Source of the DNA: Hypanus sabinus
Lineage: Eukaryota
Length of the DNA stretch: 64,000 nt
Assembly (NCBI RefSeq): GCF_030144855.1
Contig: NC_082707.1
Span: 11,780,001 to 11,844,000 of the forward strand
Direction: 5' to 3'
How positions within the stretch are numbered: the stretch's first letter is position 1; each line of letters starts with the position of its first letter. The translations under genes were made by a program, and so were the position numbers. Below are positions 11,425 to 25,024 of the stretch, piece after piece. The notes below the pieces were generated by a model. It was not told where the DNA came from and made no database searches. It saw only the letters and a list, made by a program, of their open reading frames with translations.

Positions 11425-14400
11425 GGACATAACGTGGGCGTATTGGGTGTGGACCGAAAAGTATGACAGAGACACTGAACTACCAAGAACAGGACTAGGC
11501 ATGAGAAGGAAGCAAGTGAAGTTAGGAAGAAAGGACGCTGGACATGACAAAGGCCCAAGACAAGACAAGGATTCCTGGCCTGGGCTAGGACTTGACGAGG
11601 ATAGCGAAACCAGGACATGGAACTGGGAACTATGAACCTGGGCTTGGACTCCGAGCCAGAGACTGGACAAGGACCCAGAACCTGGCTATTGACCTGGGCT
11701 CGGACTCCAGAATCAGGCGAGGACAAAATGTGGTTACAGGACGAGGAGGGGCACAGGAGTTGACATGAGACTCCTGGACAGGACAAGAGAACCCCAGCAT
11801 AGGGCAAGGGAACCACAGCGCCGGGCGGGACAAGGCACTCGTGGGCTGGGCGAGGCACATCGACAAGACAAGAACACAGAGCCCTAGTGGAAGGAGAACA
11901 AGAACACAGAACACAGAGCCTGAGAGAGAGGAACTGGCCAAGGTTGAATGGAAAGCGACACTAGCGGGAAGGACGGCAGAGCAGTAATTGCTGGAGTTTA
12001 TGCGAGAAGTGAGGAAGGTGCAAGACAGATATAATCCAAAGAAGAAGAAATTTTCGAACGGAAAAAGGATGCAACCGAGGCTGACAAGAGAAGTCAGAGC
12101 CAAAGTAAAAGCAAAGCAGATGGCGTACAAGGAAGCAAAAATTAGTGGGAAGACAGAAGATTGGGAAGTTTTTAAAAGCATACAAAAGGAAAATAAGGTA
12201 ATTAAGAGGGAAAAGATGAACTATGAAAGGGAGCTAGCAAATAATATCAAACAGAATACTAAAAGCTTTTTCAGGTTTATAAAGAGTAAATGACAGGTGA
12301 GGTGTTGATATAGGAACGATAGAAAATGATGCTGGAGAAACCGTAATGGGAGATAAGGAGATGGCGGAGGAACTGAACGAGTATTTTGCATCAGTCTTCA
12401 CTGAGGAAATCATCAGCAATATACTGGACATTCAATGCTGTCAGGGAAGAAACATGTGCGCAGTCACAATTACGACAGAGGAAGTACTCAGGAAGCTGAA
12501 TATTCTAAGTGTAGATAAATTTCCTGGAACAGATGGAATGCACCCTCGTGTTCTGAAAGAAGTAGCAGTGGAGATTGTGGAAGCATTAGCAATGATCTTT
12601 CAGAAGTTGATCGATTCTGGTCCGGATCCGGAGGACTGGAAGATTGCAAGTGCCACTCCGCTATTTAAGAAGGGGGCAAGGAAGCAAAAAGGAAATTATA
12701 GATCTGTTAGCTTGACATTCGTGGTTGGGATTCTGTTGGAGTCGATTGTCAAGGATGAGGCTACGTAGTATCTGCAGGTATATGACAAGATAGGCAGAAC
12801 TCAGCATGGTTTCCTTGATGGGAAATCCCGCCTGACAAACATAGTGCAATTTTTTGAGGAATTTACAAGTAGGCTAGACAAAAGAGATGTAGTGGATGTT
12901 GTGTATTTGTATTTTCAGAAGGCCTTTGACAAGGTGCTGCACACGAGGCTGCTAAACACAAGCCCGTGGAATTAAGGGAAAGTTACATACTTGGATAGAA
13001 CGTTGCTTGATTGGCAGGAAACAGAGTGTGGGAATAAAAGGATCCCATTCTGGTTGGTGGCTGGTTCCACAGGGGACTGTGTTGGGGCCGCTTCTTTTTA
13101 CGTTGTATATCAACGATTTGGATTATGGAACAGATGGCTTCGTGGCTAAGTTTGCTGATGATATAAAGATAGATGGATGGGCCGGTAGTGCTGAGGAAAC
13201 AGGGAGTCTGCAGGGAGACTTGGATAGATTGGGGGAATCGGCAAAGAAGTGGCAAATGAATTACAATGTCGGAAAGTGTACGGTCATGCACATTGATAGA
13301 AGAAATAAACGGGAAGACTATTATTTAAATGGGGAGAGAATTCAAAGTTCTGAGATGCAACGGGACTTGGGTGTCCTCGTGCATGATATCCTTAAGGTTA
13401 ACCTCCAGGTTGAGTCGGTGGTGAATAATGAGAATGCAATGTTGATATTCATTTATAGAGGAATAGACTATAAGAGCAGGGATGTGATGTTGAGGCACTG
13501 GTAAGACCTTACTTGGAATATTGTGTGCAGATTTGGGATCCTTATTTAAGAAAGGATGTGCTGACATTGGAGAGGGATCAGAGAGGATTCACTAGAATAA
13601 TTCCTATAATGAGAGGGTTAACGTATGAGGAGCGTTTGACCGCTCGTGCACAGTACTCCTTTGGAGTTTAAAAGAATGAGGACTGACCTGGTAGAAACAT
13701 TCCGAATGCTCAAGGCATGGACAGAGTGGGTGCGGCATGGTGGAGGAGTATCCAGTACGAGTGGACATGACTTGAGGATTGCAGGGCGCCCATTCAGAAC
13801 AGAGATGCGATTTTTATTTTTAGCCAGATGGTGGTGAATCTATGGAATATTTTTTGCCACGGAAGGCAGTGGGGTCCAAGTCATTGGGTATATTTAAGGC
13901 AGAGATTGATAGGTATCTGAGTAGTCACGATTCAACTGTTATGGTGAGAAGGCCGGGGAATGGGACTAGAGGGGAGATTGTATCAGCTCATGATGAAATG
14001 GTGGAGCAGACTCGATGGGCCGAATGGCCGACTATTGCTCCTTTGTCTTATCGTCTAGAGCTTTGGTCGAGGGAGAACATGAACGCAGAACACAGAGTCG
14101 AGGGAGAGACAGGATCATGGAACACAGAGCCAGGACCCATCCTTGGATTCAGGATGTAGAGCCGGGACACATTACACAGAACGCTGAACACAACGAGACA
14201 GTTCCCAACGCTAGGTAGCGGCAAAACGGCCGGACCTACTTAGCGAAGGTGTGGACACGGACAGACAGCTCCAAACAGGGCGAGGCTCCAGACACAGGCA
14301 GAGGCGAGGCGAGGCTAGGCTCCAGCCAGAGGCAAGACGAGGCAAGGCTCTCGGCAGTGGCGAGGGGAGGTAAGGCTCCAGGCAGAGGCGAGGCGAGGCG

Positions 14401-14695
14401 AGTCATGGTTGAAGGCAGAGGCAAGGCGAGGTAAGGCTCCAGACACAGGTTGCAGGGCAGGGCTCCAGACACAGGTAGCAGGCAGGGCTTCAGAGGGAAG
14501 GAAGGGAACATTCCCGCCTCAGGGTAACGGCAATGACGGCCTGACTTACCCAACGGAGTCAAGGACCGAGAGGGACAGATCGCATCGTAGAGTAACGGCA
14601 AGGTCGACCTGACTTACCCCACGGAGGCGGGACAGGATACTGACGGGCCGAACCCAAACAGAGGCAAGGGCAGGATACTGCCAAAGAAGCAGCCA
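11425..14695 (-). mobile_element. Gypsy-type LTR (related to the LTRs at 18723-20287), split by a nested CR1
   Basis: 'ctccgagccagagactggacaaggacccagaacctgg' and 'ctgacttaccc' are reverse complements of sequence in the 19230-20287 LTR. Internal tandem units (ggctccagacacagg) lie at about 14270-14480. Confidence 0.7.
11922..14056 (+). mobile_element. CR1 LINE (5'-truncated, ORF2/RT with stops) nested in a Gypsy LTR
   Basis: ORFs with FASVFT, PGTDGMHPRVLKE, VPQGTVLGPLLF and KFADD; CR1 3' end 'gggccgaatggcc...ctcctttgtcttat'. Confidence 0.9.
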
Positions 14696-14704
14696 AATTA
14701 CTAC

Positions 14705-15545
14705 TTTTGCTTGTTTTAAATTACATTGTTTACCTGTGGATGTGGTGTCAGACAAGGGCTCTCAATTCACATCCAACTTCTGGAGGGCATTCTGTCATCT
14801 TCTCGGACCCTCCTTCAGTCTGCTTTCAGTATTCCAACCACAGACCAATGGCCAGACCGAGCGAGCCAATCAACAGCGAGACACTGTATTGCCGTGCTTT
14901 GTCTCCCAGAATCTCTCAGCGAGGAATCAGCAGCTACCCTAAGACGGGTACGTCATTAACTCTTGCACGTTCTCGCCCGCCGGTCTGCCCTCCTCCATCT
15001 GCCGAGGCACTCATCCGCCTTTGACAGCGGACGTGGACGGGCTCGCTCTGCCCTTCCTCGTGCCTCTGCTAGGAACATACGTCAAGCTGCCCGCTATCGC
15101 TCCCAGTCCCCACGTTACCACCAGGGACGGCATGTGTGGCATTCAAAGCGATACCTGCCCCTCAGTGTGGATAGCTGCAATCTCGCCCCTCGCTTCATCG
15201 GCCCCTTTGCCATTTCTAAAGTCATCAGTCCTGATGCCGTCCGTCTCATCTCCCTTCCACACTTCGCCGCATTCATCGCACCCTTCCTGCGTCCCGCATC
15301 AAGCTTTTCATGAGCCACTCCCTGTGTCCTGTCCCCAAACATCCCCCATCCCACACGACTCAGCAATGGTTCAGAGGCCTTCACGGTGCGTCGACTGTTG
15401 GACGTTCGTTGCCGGGGCCGTGGCCTCCAGTACCCTGTGGAGTAAGAGGGCTACAGTCCTGAGGAGAGGCGCTGGATAACCACCCGCAATATCCCTGGAT
15501 GCCTCTCTCATCAGGGATTTTCATCGCCAGCACACAGCTCTACAA
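14705..15545 (+). mobile_element. Gypsy (Sushi/chromovirus-like) pol fragment: integrase plus chromodomain, frameshifted
   Basis: DVVSDKGSQFTSNFWRAFC...PQTNGQTERANQ (integrase core), LAPRFIGPFAISKVI (GPF/Y module), and a chromodomain-like FTVRRLLDVR..GRGLQY...EERRW near 15380-15480. Confidence 0.85.
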
Positions 15546-18029
15546 GCCAGTAACACCAGTTGAACTGTCTTTTTGTGTGTTTCCCCCTTACTGTCAGTAT
15601 ATGGTTTTGAATTGCCATGTGCTCTTGTTTGTTTTCATGCTCCATTCTGTCCCCGCTCCAGCTTTATTCCTGCCTGTCTCTTACCCAGTATCCGTCTCTC
15701 ACATGTTTTGCTGCTACTTACGTCTCATTTTTCTCCAACTATCACCTGCTTCTCTGTTTATTGCTCAGTGTATTTTACTCTTGCGTTTTCACCTGTTTGG
15801 TACCAGATTTTGCCAGTGAATTTTACTGGGCCTTTTCAGCATTCGTATCTGAACTCTGTCCGTCTGAATGTCGACTGCCTGTTTCCCAATACCGGTTTTT
15901 GGATGTCCCTGGAATCTTTGATCTCCGCCTGATCGTAGACACCAACATTGTTTTCCACCGCCTCCCCCCCCCCACCCCATACCCGGATTTGCTACTCAGT
16001 AAATATCATAGTGCGTTGAGTACTTGGTCCAAGACTGGGGTCCTGCTTCAGCGTCCTGATAAGAAGGCAGGTGTATGGGGTTGACTGGGATCCAGGATCA
16101 ACAATGATGGAATGGCAGAGCAGAGTCGGCTGGCCTAATGGCCCACTGCAGCTCCTATGCTTTATGCTCTTATGAGTTATGGATTCTTTTACATTCGGTG
16201 ACACGATACACAGGTTTGTGTCGGGTTTGTGACAAAAAGCATTCGTGCACAGTATTATCCACGATTCCGCACGTTTTAGCCTTCCGGAGCAACTTAATGT
16301 ATGGAACTTTATTGAAATTCTTCTATTAATGTAAACTTGCTGTATCTTCCTTATCAGTTCTCGAAATTTCCAGGGACTTTGAATAAAATTTAAAAAAAAA
16401 GTTACACTGTTACTATGTCCTTGATTAAACATCCCAAGTGTTTCCCTAATTTTAATATTAGCCAACCATTTAATTTAAAATCCATTGCCTTGTTTTGCAT
16501 ACTGCTCATATATTACAACAATAATTTACTGTGGCCGTGCTTACAAATCTACCAATTTAATACGTGCTTGCACCTTTTATCTATTTGACAGTATTCACTT
16601 TTGTATTTACTCTGGTCTATACAGGATGTACCAATCATAGATTCTTTGAGTAGCAATTACATCATGGACATGATTGACCGTCAGTTGTTTACATATTTTT
16701 CTCTGATATTTCGGGCCGAGTCCTGCTTCACTATTCCACTTATTGTAGTTTAAGAAGAACATATATTCACTCAGTCACAAACAGCATTCTGAACTAATTC
16801 AATTTCGGCAACGATGAAGCTTATCCCGTTTACGTCCACTTTTCATAGAATTACAGAAGGTTACACGCAGCAGCCATTTTATTAGGCGACGTATTAACTC
16901 GAAAAGGAGCACTGATATGTGGAAGAATCGAAGTGTCAGATGCAAACTTTCTACAGTGACATAAGCATAGATCTGACCAATTGGTTTGCAATACAGAGTG
17001 CAGAATCGTGAACCAATGTTAATTGGAGAGAATATCGTTACAGCAGAATACTGCGGAAGTACAACGGAAACAGTAACAGAATGCACAATTAAAGGTTATA
17101 GCTAAAGAGAAAGCGCAGTGCAAGTAGATTATAAGGAGGGATGTCAAACGAGGTAGATGGTGAGACCAGGTATCCATTGTTTCCTGCTAGAGAACTGTTC
17201 AATCGTCTTACAAATGTGCGATACAGGTTGACCTTGAGTCGGGTGATGCACTCAGTTGCCACATTATTGATTTAACAAAATTTCCTGGTAATGTACTGCA
17301 GCTCATCCAACTGAAGGTGCGACATGCTGTGAGATCTGAGATGCTGTTTTGAACTCCATTGTTGTAATACGAGGGTGTTTAAGAGACTGTCGCTTTCCTG
17401 GCACCTTCAAGCAGTTTAGCCATTCTTTTTCGACCTTTTCATTTACCAGGCGTTTCCGTACATAAAACTGTCGCTATAGGAGATCTATTCTTGTTTTCTT
17501 TTCGCCCATTCTCAAGAAACGATGAAGATTCCAGGATATCAACAGCTCCTGGAATATGTATAAAGCCGCATATCGTAGCCCCATTGTGATACATGGACAG
17601 TACAACAAATTTTTCTCCCGAACATTTCCGCATGCTTTATACTTTGAGATACTGTCACGTATTTGACTGATTATATATTTGCATTGTCGAGCGGGCGTAC
17701 ATCTATACTTAATAAAGTTACCACTGAATGCTCTTACATTTGCTCCCGCCATGAGTCAAAAAGTAGAAGTGATGACAGGACGTTGCTTTACCTGAGAACT
17801 CTTTAACTGAATCAATTGACTAAACTTCCCTATTGACCTAATAACGTGGTCTGTTAACCCAATGCATCCATGCTGTTTGCAAATTGTTATCATTTATCTA
17901 ATTCTCATCCCTTTGCACTTTATATGTTATTGTTTTGACCTGTAAGCTCTTTTTATTTGCTTGAGCCCTTTGCAGAACTTAACTTTAATTCCTCTTAACC
18001 CCTGAATCGCGCGTTGGTGATAGCTCTCT

Positions 18030-18370
18030 ACGAACGGGAGTGTCATGCAATCGTTCTCTCCGCTAACTTGCGGGACACCCTTGGGCAAGGTGTAGAACCT
18101 GCTTAGCTCCACGATTAGGTTAACCGAAGCCTTGGGAGCAGTGGTGAATGGTCGTATGAACAGCTGGCGCATATCACAAGTTCTGGTTCTTCAACCGATG
18201 ACGGCAGGCAGACAATCACTGAAGTGTGTGGCGGGGATCAGAAAAATTGTAAACACACTGCCCAGAAGAAGTCAATACCAAACCGCATCTGCAGAACTAA
18301 ATTGCCAAGAGCAATCATAGTCATGAGACCATGTTCGCTGGCGTCATCCAACGTGGTACATAATGATGAT
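18030..18370 (+). mobile_element. Degenerate SINE-like element with an RTE-like 3' portion
   Basis: 'acactgcccagaagaag...aaaccgcatctgcagaactaaattgccaagagcaatcat' resembles RTE/BovB-related SINE tails. Family assignment is tentative. Confidence 0.4.
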
Positions 18371-18722
18371 TATTACTATTGAACCGCTATTGCTACTATT
18401 ACATCTACCGGTTGAAACAGAATAGCAGGGTGCACTTCATCTTGACTGAAGGAAATTCTCAATAGTATATTCTGGGGTCCATGACACACAGCCCTTACTG
18501 ATAACAATGTGGAATTGGAAGTCTCATGTCCTAAGATACTGTGAAATATTTCTCTTGCATCGTAATCACAGTATTCAAACCACTAAGCAAACAAACCACT
18601 GAGGCGTAGCTGGTTCAACAATGCAGAATGAAATGCAACCGGTACGGAGATAGTGCGTGGAAGGGAAACAACAACCTGCAGCCTCATCAGCAGATACGTA
18701 TATTGCAAGGTAAATAGTCCAT

Positions 18723-20287
18723 TGTCGTGGTCTGGTCCTAGTTCCGTGTTCCGGTTCTAGGTCCGCGGGCTCCGGACTCCGGGTCCTCCGGCTGTCCCTT
18801 GTTTTGGTTGGACTAAATCATATGCACCTGACGCTCATCTTGTTGGCTGAGACAACCCCAAGTCCCTAGCCAAGCCTCGTCACGTCCTCGCCTGGGTTTG
18901 GGGGTCCGAGCCCGAAGCAAGACCCAGGTTCTGGGTCCTTGTCCAGTCTCGGGCTCGAAGACCACCCCAGGCTCCTAGTTCCCAGTCCCTCGTCCTGCCC
19001 TGTTCCTAGCAGTGTCTGCGTCCTGCATTTGGGTCCTGATACAACACCCTCCTATGACAGAACGACCCCCTGCCAGTCATAGACCCAGCGACGCCAACAC
19101 TATCGTCAAACTCCCGTCACCCTGGGGTCCCTTCTTGAGTTAACATCCGCCCAACTCGCCCGAGTCGTCCTTCGTCCTGGAGAGCCTCTATGGTCGCCTG
19201 GAGGCTCCCATAGTGATGTGGGCAGGTACTGTCGTGGTCCGGTCCGGGGTCCGCGTTCCGCTTTGCTGCCCGTAGACTCCAGACGCCGATTCCTCAGGAT
19301 GTCCCTTGTTTTGGTTGGTCTAATTCATCAACACCTGATGTTCATCTTGTTGGCTGGGAATATAAGTGGCCCTGGGATTGAATATGGTTGGGGGGTTTGT
19401 CATGTCAAGCTTCCCATGGAGCGAGTGGCTGGTGGAAGGCTAGTACAGCCACTTGCCATCTTTAGGCTTCGCTGGGGAACCATTGCTTCTGGGAGCCTTA
19501 CTATCCGAGTCAGAGTTGTCACTGCGGTATGGATTCGGTCTTTTCCCGGGCCAGTTGAGTGGCCGTCAGCCACTCCAGGCTAGGTAGGAATCCGGTTGTT
19601 TCCGTAGCCAGCCAAAGTTGCTGGCCGTAACGGCTACTCGGAGCAACTCCGATGCAGAGATGAACTGTCTGTCGTTCTTCAGTGTTTGTCTCTTCCTGTC
19701 CTCGCCCGTGGGTAAGACAAGCCGCTCTGCCGTTGCCCTGCGGGTGAAATCTGACTTGTCTTGTCTTTGCCTCCGTCGGGTAAGTCAGACCGTTCTACCC
19801 TTACCCGACGGACGGTCCTGCCCAACCTTGGTGTGGACTGAAAGTTGAGTCCCGGCTTGTTGAAGGAAAAGTCCCGGCTTTATGTCTATGTTCTGTCCAG
19901 TCTCATGTTCGTGTCTTGATAAAGATGAGTCCCGGCTGTTCGAAGGAGATGTCCAGGCTCTACGTTTATGTATAGTTCCTAGTCTGCCTCCAAGCTCAAG
20001 CCAAGCCTTGACCCCAGCCTCTAGCCTCCAGCCAAGCCTAGATCACAACCTCAAGCCTCAAGACAAGCCTCGACCCCAGCCTCAAGTCTCTAGCCAAGCC
20101 TCGTCACGTCCTCGCCTGGGTTTGGGGGTTCAAGGTCGAGGCAAGTCCCAGGTTCTGGATCCTTGTCCAGTCTCAGGCTCGGAGTCCACCCCAGGCTCCT
20201 TATTCCCAGTCCCTCGTCCTGCCCTGTTCCTAGCACAACAGTGTCTGTGTCCTGCAATTGAGTCCTGATACAACACCCCGTATGACA
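18723..20287 (+). mobile_element. Internally deleted Gypsy LTR element (two LTRs with about 170 bp between them)
   Basis: LTR1 18723-19059 and LTR2 19230-20287 both run TGTCGTGGTC...TATGACA. A purine-rich 'gggcaggtac' precedes LTR2. Flanks TCCAT/TCTAT form a 5-bp TSD with one mismatch. Confidence 0.85.
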
Positions 20288-20989
20288 TCTATAGTCCAAC
20301 GAATTAAGCGAAGTATTTTATTGGTTTATAACAGCAGGATAGAAACCGTCCTTAAGGCTATCCTGTAAAGCACAGTGCTTTGAGCTGTCTGTTCGAGTTG
20401 GTCTAAGAATAGTGTTGTACGTGGTCATTGGTGCTGGGCAGAATATGATGCTTACACAATACTTAAATCTCAGTCTTAAAGATTCTGTTTCCTGGGATGG
20501 GCGAATGCTGTACTGAAAATTTTCTCTTTATTTGGGGCAAGGGGGGCTGCATCATTGTCAGCACGGGACTGTGAAGCCAAAATGACTGCAGCTGTGCTGC
20601 ATTCTTCCATGTCGCTATGTCTGTCTAATTACTAATATCTACCTCCGCTGAGAAGTGCCCTTGCAACAATAGGGAATTCATGGTGTTTTCTACAAGTTCA
20701 GGACCTCAACTACTGGATTTGCCGAGAATCACCTTTCCTAATTAGTGACATTAGCTAAGTTTTTTTAAAGCTCATTGATGCTGCACGGACTAATAGTATC
20801 TTCATGTCAAACGCCGTCGCTCTCGTGGTACATTGCGCATTTGATCTTGGGTTATGGCTTTGGTTAGACCAGTAAACACTGAGTCCAATGCGAGTCAAGC
20901 GAGCAGAATATTGGTGAATAATTATGTCGAGGTAGTACTGTCCGCAAGCAGAAAACCTGATAAAAATCATAAAATTGTGTGAGGCGTAG

Positions 20990-21700
20990 ATTGTTAGCAT
21001 ATTTTGCTAAGTGGAGATATTTAAAATTTATATGTCATCCATGTAAGGTGAGAGAAGGCACTGGGAAATGTGGTGGAATAGAAAGTTTCAGAATACAGTC
21101 TATAACTACCCAGAAGTTACGACGCAGGTAGGTACGGTCACAAATGTAGGTGTTGGGACGTTAAACTTCATAAACTTAATTATTTATTACAAGTGTTGGT
21201 AAGACATGTTCAAGTTGTACATGATGTTTGTGAGGACAAATGTGGGGTATTATGTGCACTGCAAGACACCTACCAACGAGGAAGTTATCAATAATATTGA
21301 ATAAGTACTTGTATTGAAAGTTTACCAGGCTGCAGGACCCGAATTATAAGAAAGGTTAAGTCGTTTCGGGCCTTGCTCGTTGGAGGACAGGAACATGAGG
21401 AGAGATTTTTTAGAGGTTTATAAAGTTATGAATGGTGTAATTAGGGAAAAGCAAACAGAATTTTTCCAGCTTGGGTGATACTAGGGCTAGAGGTTGTAGT
21501 TTAGGAGTAAAATATGAAATATTTAAGGGGAACTTGAGGGACCTTCTTGAACCTCAGAGCAGCGAGAGTCTGGAACAGCGGAAGAGGTCGATGCGGTTTC
21601 AATTTCAGCAATTAAGGGATATTTCGTTATACACGTATGGGGTGTGGGCAGCGGGGTTTGGAGTGCTATGTTTCAGGTGCAGGTCATTGAACTTGGTGGA
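20990..21700 (+). mobile_element. Old CR1 3' fragment
   Basis: Degenerate CR1 RT C-terminal motifs (agaggtttataaagttatga; ctagggctagaggttgtagtttagg). Confidence 0.6.
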
Positions 21701-22290
21701 ATACATGTTACGCTCTAATAGATTTACTAGCGTCTCCTGACACAATTGCTGACCATACGTCAGGAGGGAAATTTTCTGAATTTTTCTACGTAGGTAGTTC
21801 TCATGCAAAATAAATTTCTTGCATTCTTTCTACATAACTGGTGGCAGAGTCAAATTCTCACTTTATCTCGCTGCTCACCCCTCGCACTCCCGGTCCAAAG
21901 ATGCTGTTGCCCAGATCAGTGGAAAAACTCCTTCCTACAAGACGAAACATGTCTCCATCACGTGACAGCCGGCCTCCACGCAATATGATAAAAACGCCTC
22001 AAGATTGGTAGATCTTCACGTTTTCTTTGCTTCGTAATCAATTATTGGAATTACCTTTGTTCTCCACAAGAAACTATATGAATCTATATCACTTTGGAAG
22101 CATGTAACCAAAGTATCTACAGACTCCAAATCTATCTAGTTGAAAAATCTGGAATTTAGACGAATAGGGCATTCCGACTCTTCAGTTTTCTGACAGTTAG
22201 AGCAATATAGCAAGTATTGTTCTCGGAGCAGATGGCTTTGTTATAGACTGCTTTCTTAAAATGCACTCCTTGGAAATAAACTATCATATG

Positions 22291-22710
22291 TACTCTCAGT
22301 GTCCACTTTACTAGGGACACCTATATACCTGCTAATTAATATAAATATCTAATCAGTCATCATGTGCCAGAAGCTCAATGCATTAAACATGGCAGAGATG
22401 GTTAAGGGGTTCATTTGCTGATATACCATATCTATATATATATATATATATAAATATGTATGTATATAACAAGGAGGAAGCAATGTGATATCAGAATCTT
22501 TGAATGTGCACTGGTTGCTGGTTCCAGATCGGGTGCTTCAAATATGTGAAAAAATTTCTGATCAGCTAGAACTTTCACGCACCACAGGCTTCAGAGTTTG
22601 CAAAAAATGCTGAAAAAAGATCCAGTGAGTGCTAGTTCTGTGTGCGAAAATAGCCAGACTAGTTTCAGCAGAATGGAAAATGACAGTAGCTCAAATAAGC
22701 ACATATTGCG
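22291..22710 (+). mobile_element. Tc1-like DNA transposon 5' fragment containing a (TA)n microsatellite
   Basis: Starts 'tactctcagtgtccactttactagggacacc' (fish Tc1-type terminus) followed by a decayed transposase N-terminus; (TA)n at about 22430-22455. Confidence 0.55.
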
Positions 22711-23269
22711 AACCGACTGAAAAATAGATCAGCCATGATCCATTGGCTGGAAAAAGCACAACTCTTTTCCTATATTTTATGGTCCTATGCTTTTAGTTCT
22801 ACAATAGAAAGACGAGCTAAAATGGCAGTAGACTAGTTTATTTACCAAACTCTACTAGATTATTTGTCAAACTAACAAAGTAGCTACTGAGTACATTGGA
22901 AACCCATTTTTCAAATGTTCGACAAGGGTAACCTATGAAAAAAATATTTCGTATGAAAGAAGGTTTATTGATTGACCGATAACATTGGATAAATACGGTG
23001 CAATCTTTGAAATCCCCCAAGTTCCAATTGCTTTGACTGACAGATGGGATACGCTTTAAGCAGATTTGAGATCGGTTCTGGCAGAGGAGAAGTTCCGACC
23101 AGTAACATTTAATCAACCATTAACCACTAGTATACTGGAAATCGGACATCATATTACCTGTTGATCACATTCGCATATAAACATTCCAGCAATCCAAACA
23201 TTTGCTGTAAACACTTACAAAAGACTTCAGGAGATGAGGGATAATCACAGCTAGTGGGCTGCGTTACAG

Positions 23270-24925
23270 GGCAATAAAGGCGTGGTTCAGCTAAAACAGA
23301 AAGCAACAAATAGAGGACTGAAAATGTTATATTTGATTGCACACAGCAAACGAAATAAAATGGATGATCTTGAAATTCAGCTTCGGATTGGCAAGTATGA
23401 CGTTGTGGTCATCTCTGAAACTTGGCTAAAGGATGTCTCCCATTGGGTGCTGAACTTACAAGGATATACGGTGTACCAGAAAGATAGGTTAATAGGCAGA
23501 GAGGATGGCGTGGCCCTATGTATAAGAAATATTACTAAATCGTTAGAAAAGGATGGCATAGGGACGGAGGGTGTAGAGTCTGTAGAGGTTGTGTTAAGAA
23601 ATGGCAAGGGTAAAAGGAGCCTAATAACATTTGTATACAGATCGCCAAACAGCTGCGGGGATGTGCATTTCAGATTACAGTACCAGATAGAAAAGGCGTG
23701 TCATGTTAACCGCTAGGGATTTTAACATGTAGTTAGATTGGGAAAACCAGGCCAATACTGGACCACAAGGAGAGAATTTATAGAATGCTTAAGGAATGGC
23801 TTTTTAGAAAAAGCTTGTTGTTGAGCCAACCAGGGAATCGACTTTGTTCGATTTGGTATTGTACAATGGTCCGGAGATGATCACAAAGCTTAAGGTCAGG
23901 GAACCCTTAGGAACTAGCGATCACAATAAGATCGATTTGACTTTGAAATTTGAGAAGGAGAACGTACATGTGTATTTCAGTGGAATAAAGGAAATTACAG
24001 TGGCCTGCATGGGGAACTGGCCAAGGTTGATTCCAAAGGTGCACGAGCAAGAAGGACAGCAGAACAGCAATGGCCGGAGTTTTCTGCGAAACTGAGGGAA
24101 GTGCAAGACTGATATATTCCAAATAACAAGAAATTTTCGATGGAAAAAGGACATTACCGTAGTTGGCAAATGAAGTGAAAGCCTAAGTAAAAGCAAAAGA
24201 GAGGGCAAACAATTGGATATGACAAAGTTATTTCCCATGGTAGGGGAGTCTAGGACAAGAAGGCACAACTTCAAAATTTGAAGCACGTCCAGTTATAAAG
24301 CAGATGCGGTGAAATTAATTTAGTCAGAGGATGATAGATTTGTGGAATTTGTTGCCAGAAGCGACTGTGGAGGACAAGTCATTTAGTGCACTTAGAAACA
24401 TAGAAACACAGAAAAGCTACAGAGCAATACAGACCATTTGGCCCACAATGTTGTGCCTAACATGTGCTTACTTTATAAATAAAATAGGGTTACCCATAGC
24501 CCTCTAGTTCTCTAAGCTCCAGTATCTATCTAGAATTCTTTTAAAAGACCTTATGGTATCATCGTCCACCACCATCGAGGTCAGCCCATTCCACGCACTC
24601 ACCACTCTCTGCGCAAAAAAAGAATTACCCCTGACATCTCCTCTGTTCCTACTTACAAGCATTATAAAACTGTGCCCTCTCGTGTTGGCTATTTCAGCCC
24701 CGGGGGAAAAAGCCTCTGACTATCCATACGATCAATGCCTCTCATCATCTCATTTAAGGAAGAGATAGATAGGTTCTTGATTAGCCATTGCATCAAAGGG
24801 TATAGAGAGGAGGCAGGGGAATGGGGATGACTTGCGGAATAGGATCAGCCCATGACTAAATGGATTTGCAGACACGATTGACCGAATGGCCTACTTCTGA
24901 TTCTATATCATCTGCTATTATGGTC
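23270..24925 (+). mobile_element. CR1 fragments (endonuclease region and 3' end) with a nested reverse CR1 3' piece at about 24395-24750
   Basis: ORF YDVVVISETWLK...YRSPNS (APE endonuclease) and LGTSDHN; CR1 3' end near 24900-24925. Confidence 0.8.
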
Positions 24926-25024
24926 TAAAATTGAACTTTGATCGCATCAGAAGAGTTAAAACTACATTTAATGAACGATGGTTAACCACATGAATGTGAC
25001 AAAAGTACAAAGAGACGCTGGCAA

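Noticed and set aside
14260-14490. Array of repeated 'ggctccagacacagg/gaggcgaggc' units, superficially CRISPR-like
   Set aside because: The units are irregular with no unique spacers and no cas genes, the context is vertebrate, and the array lies inside a Gypsy LTR.
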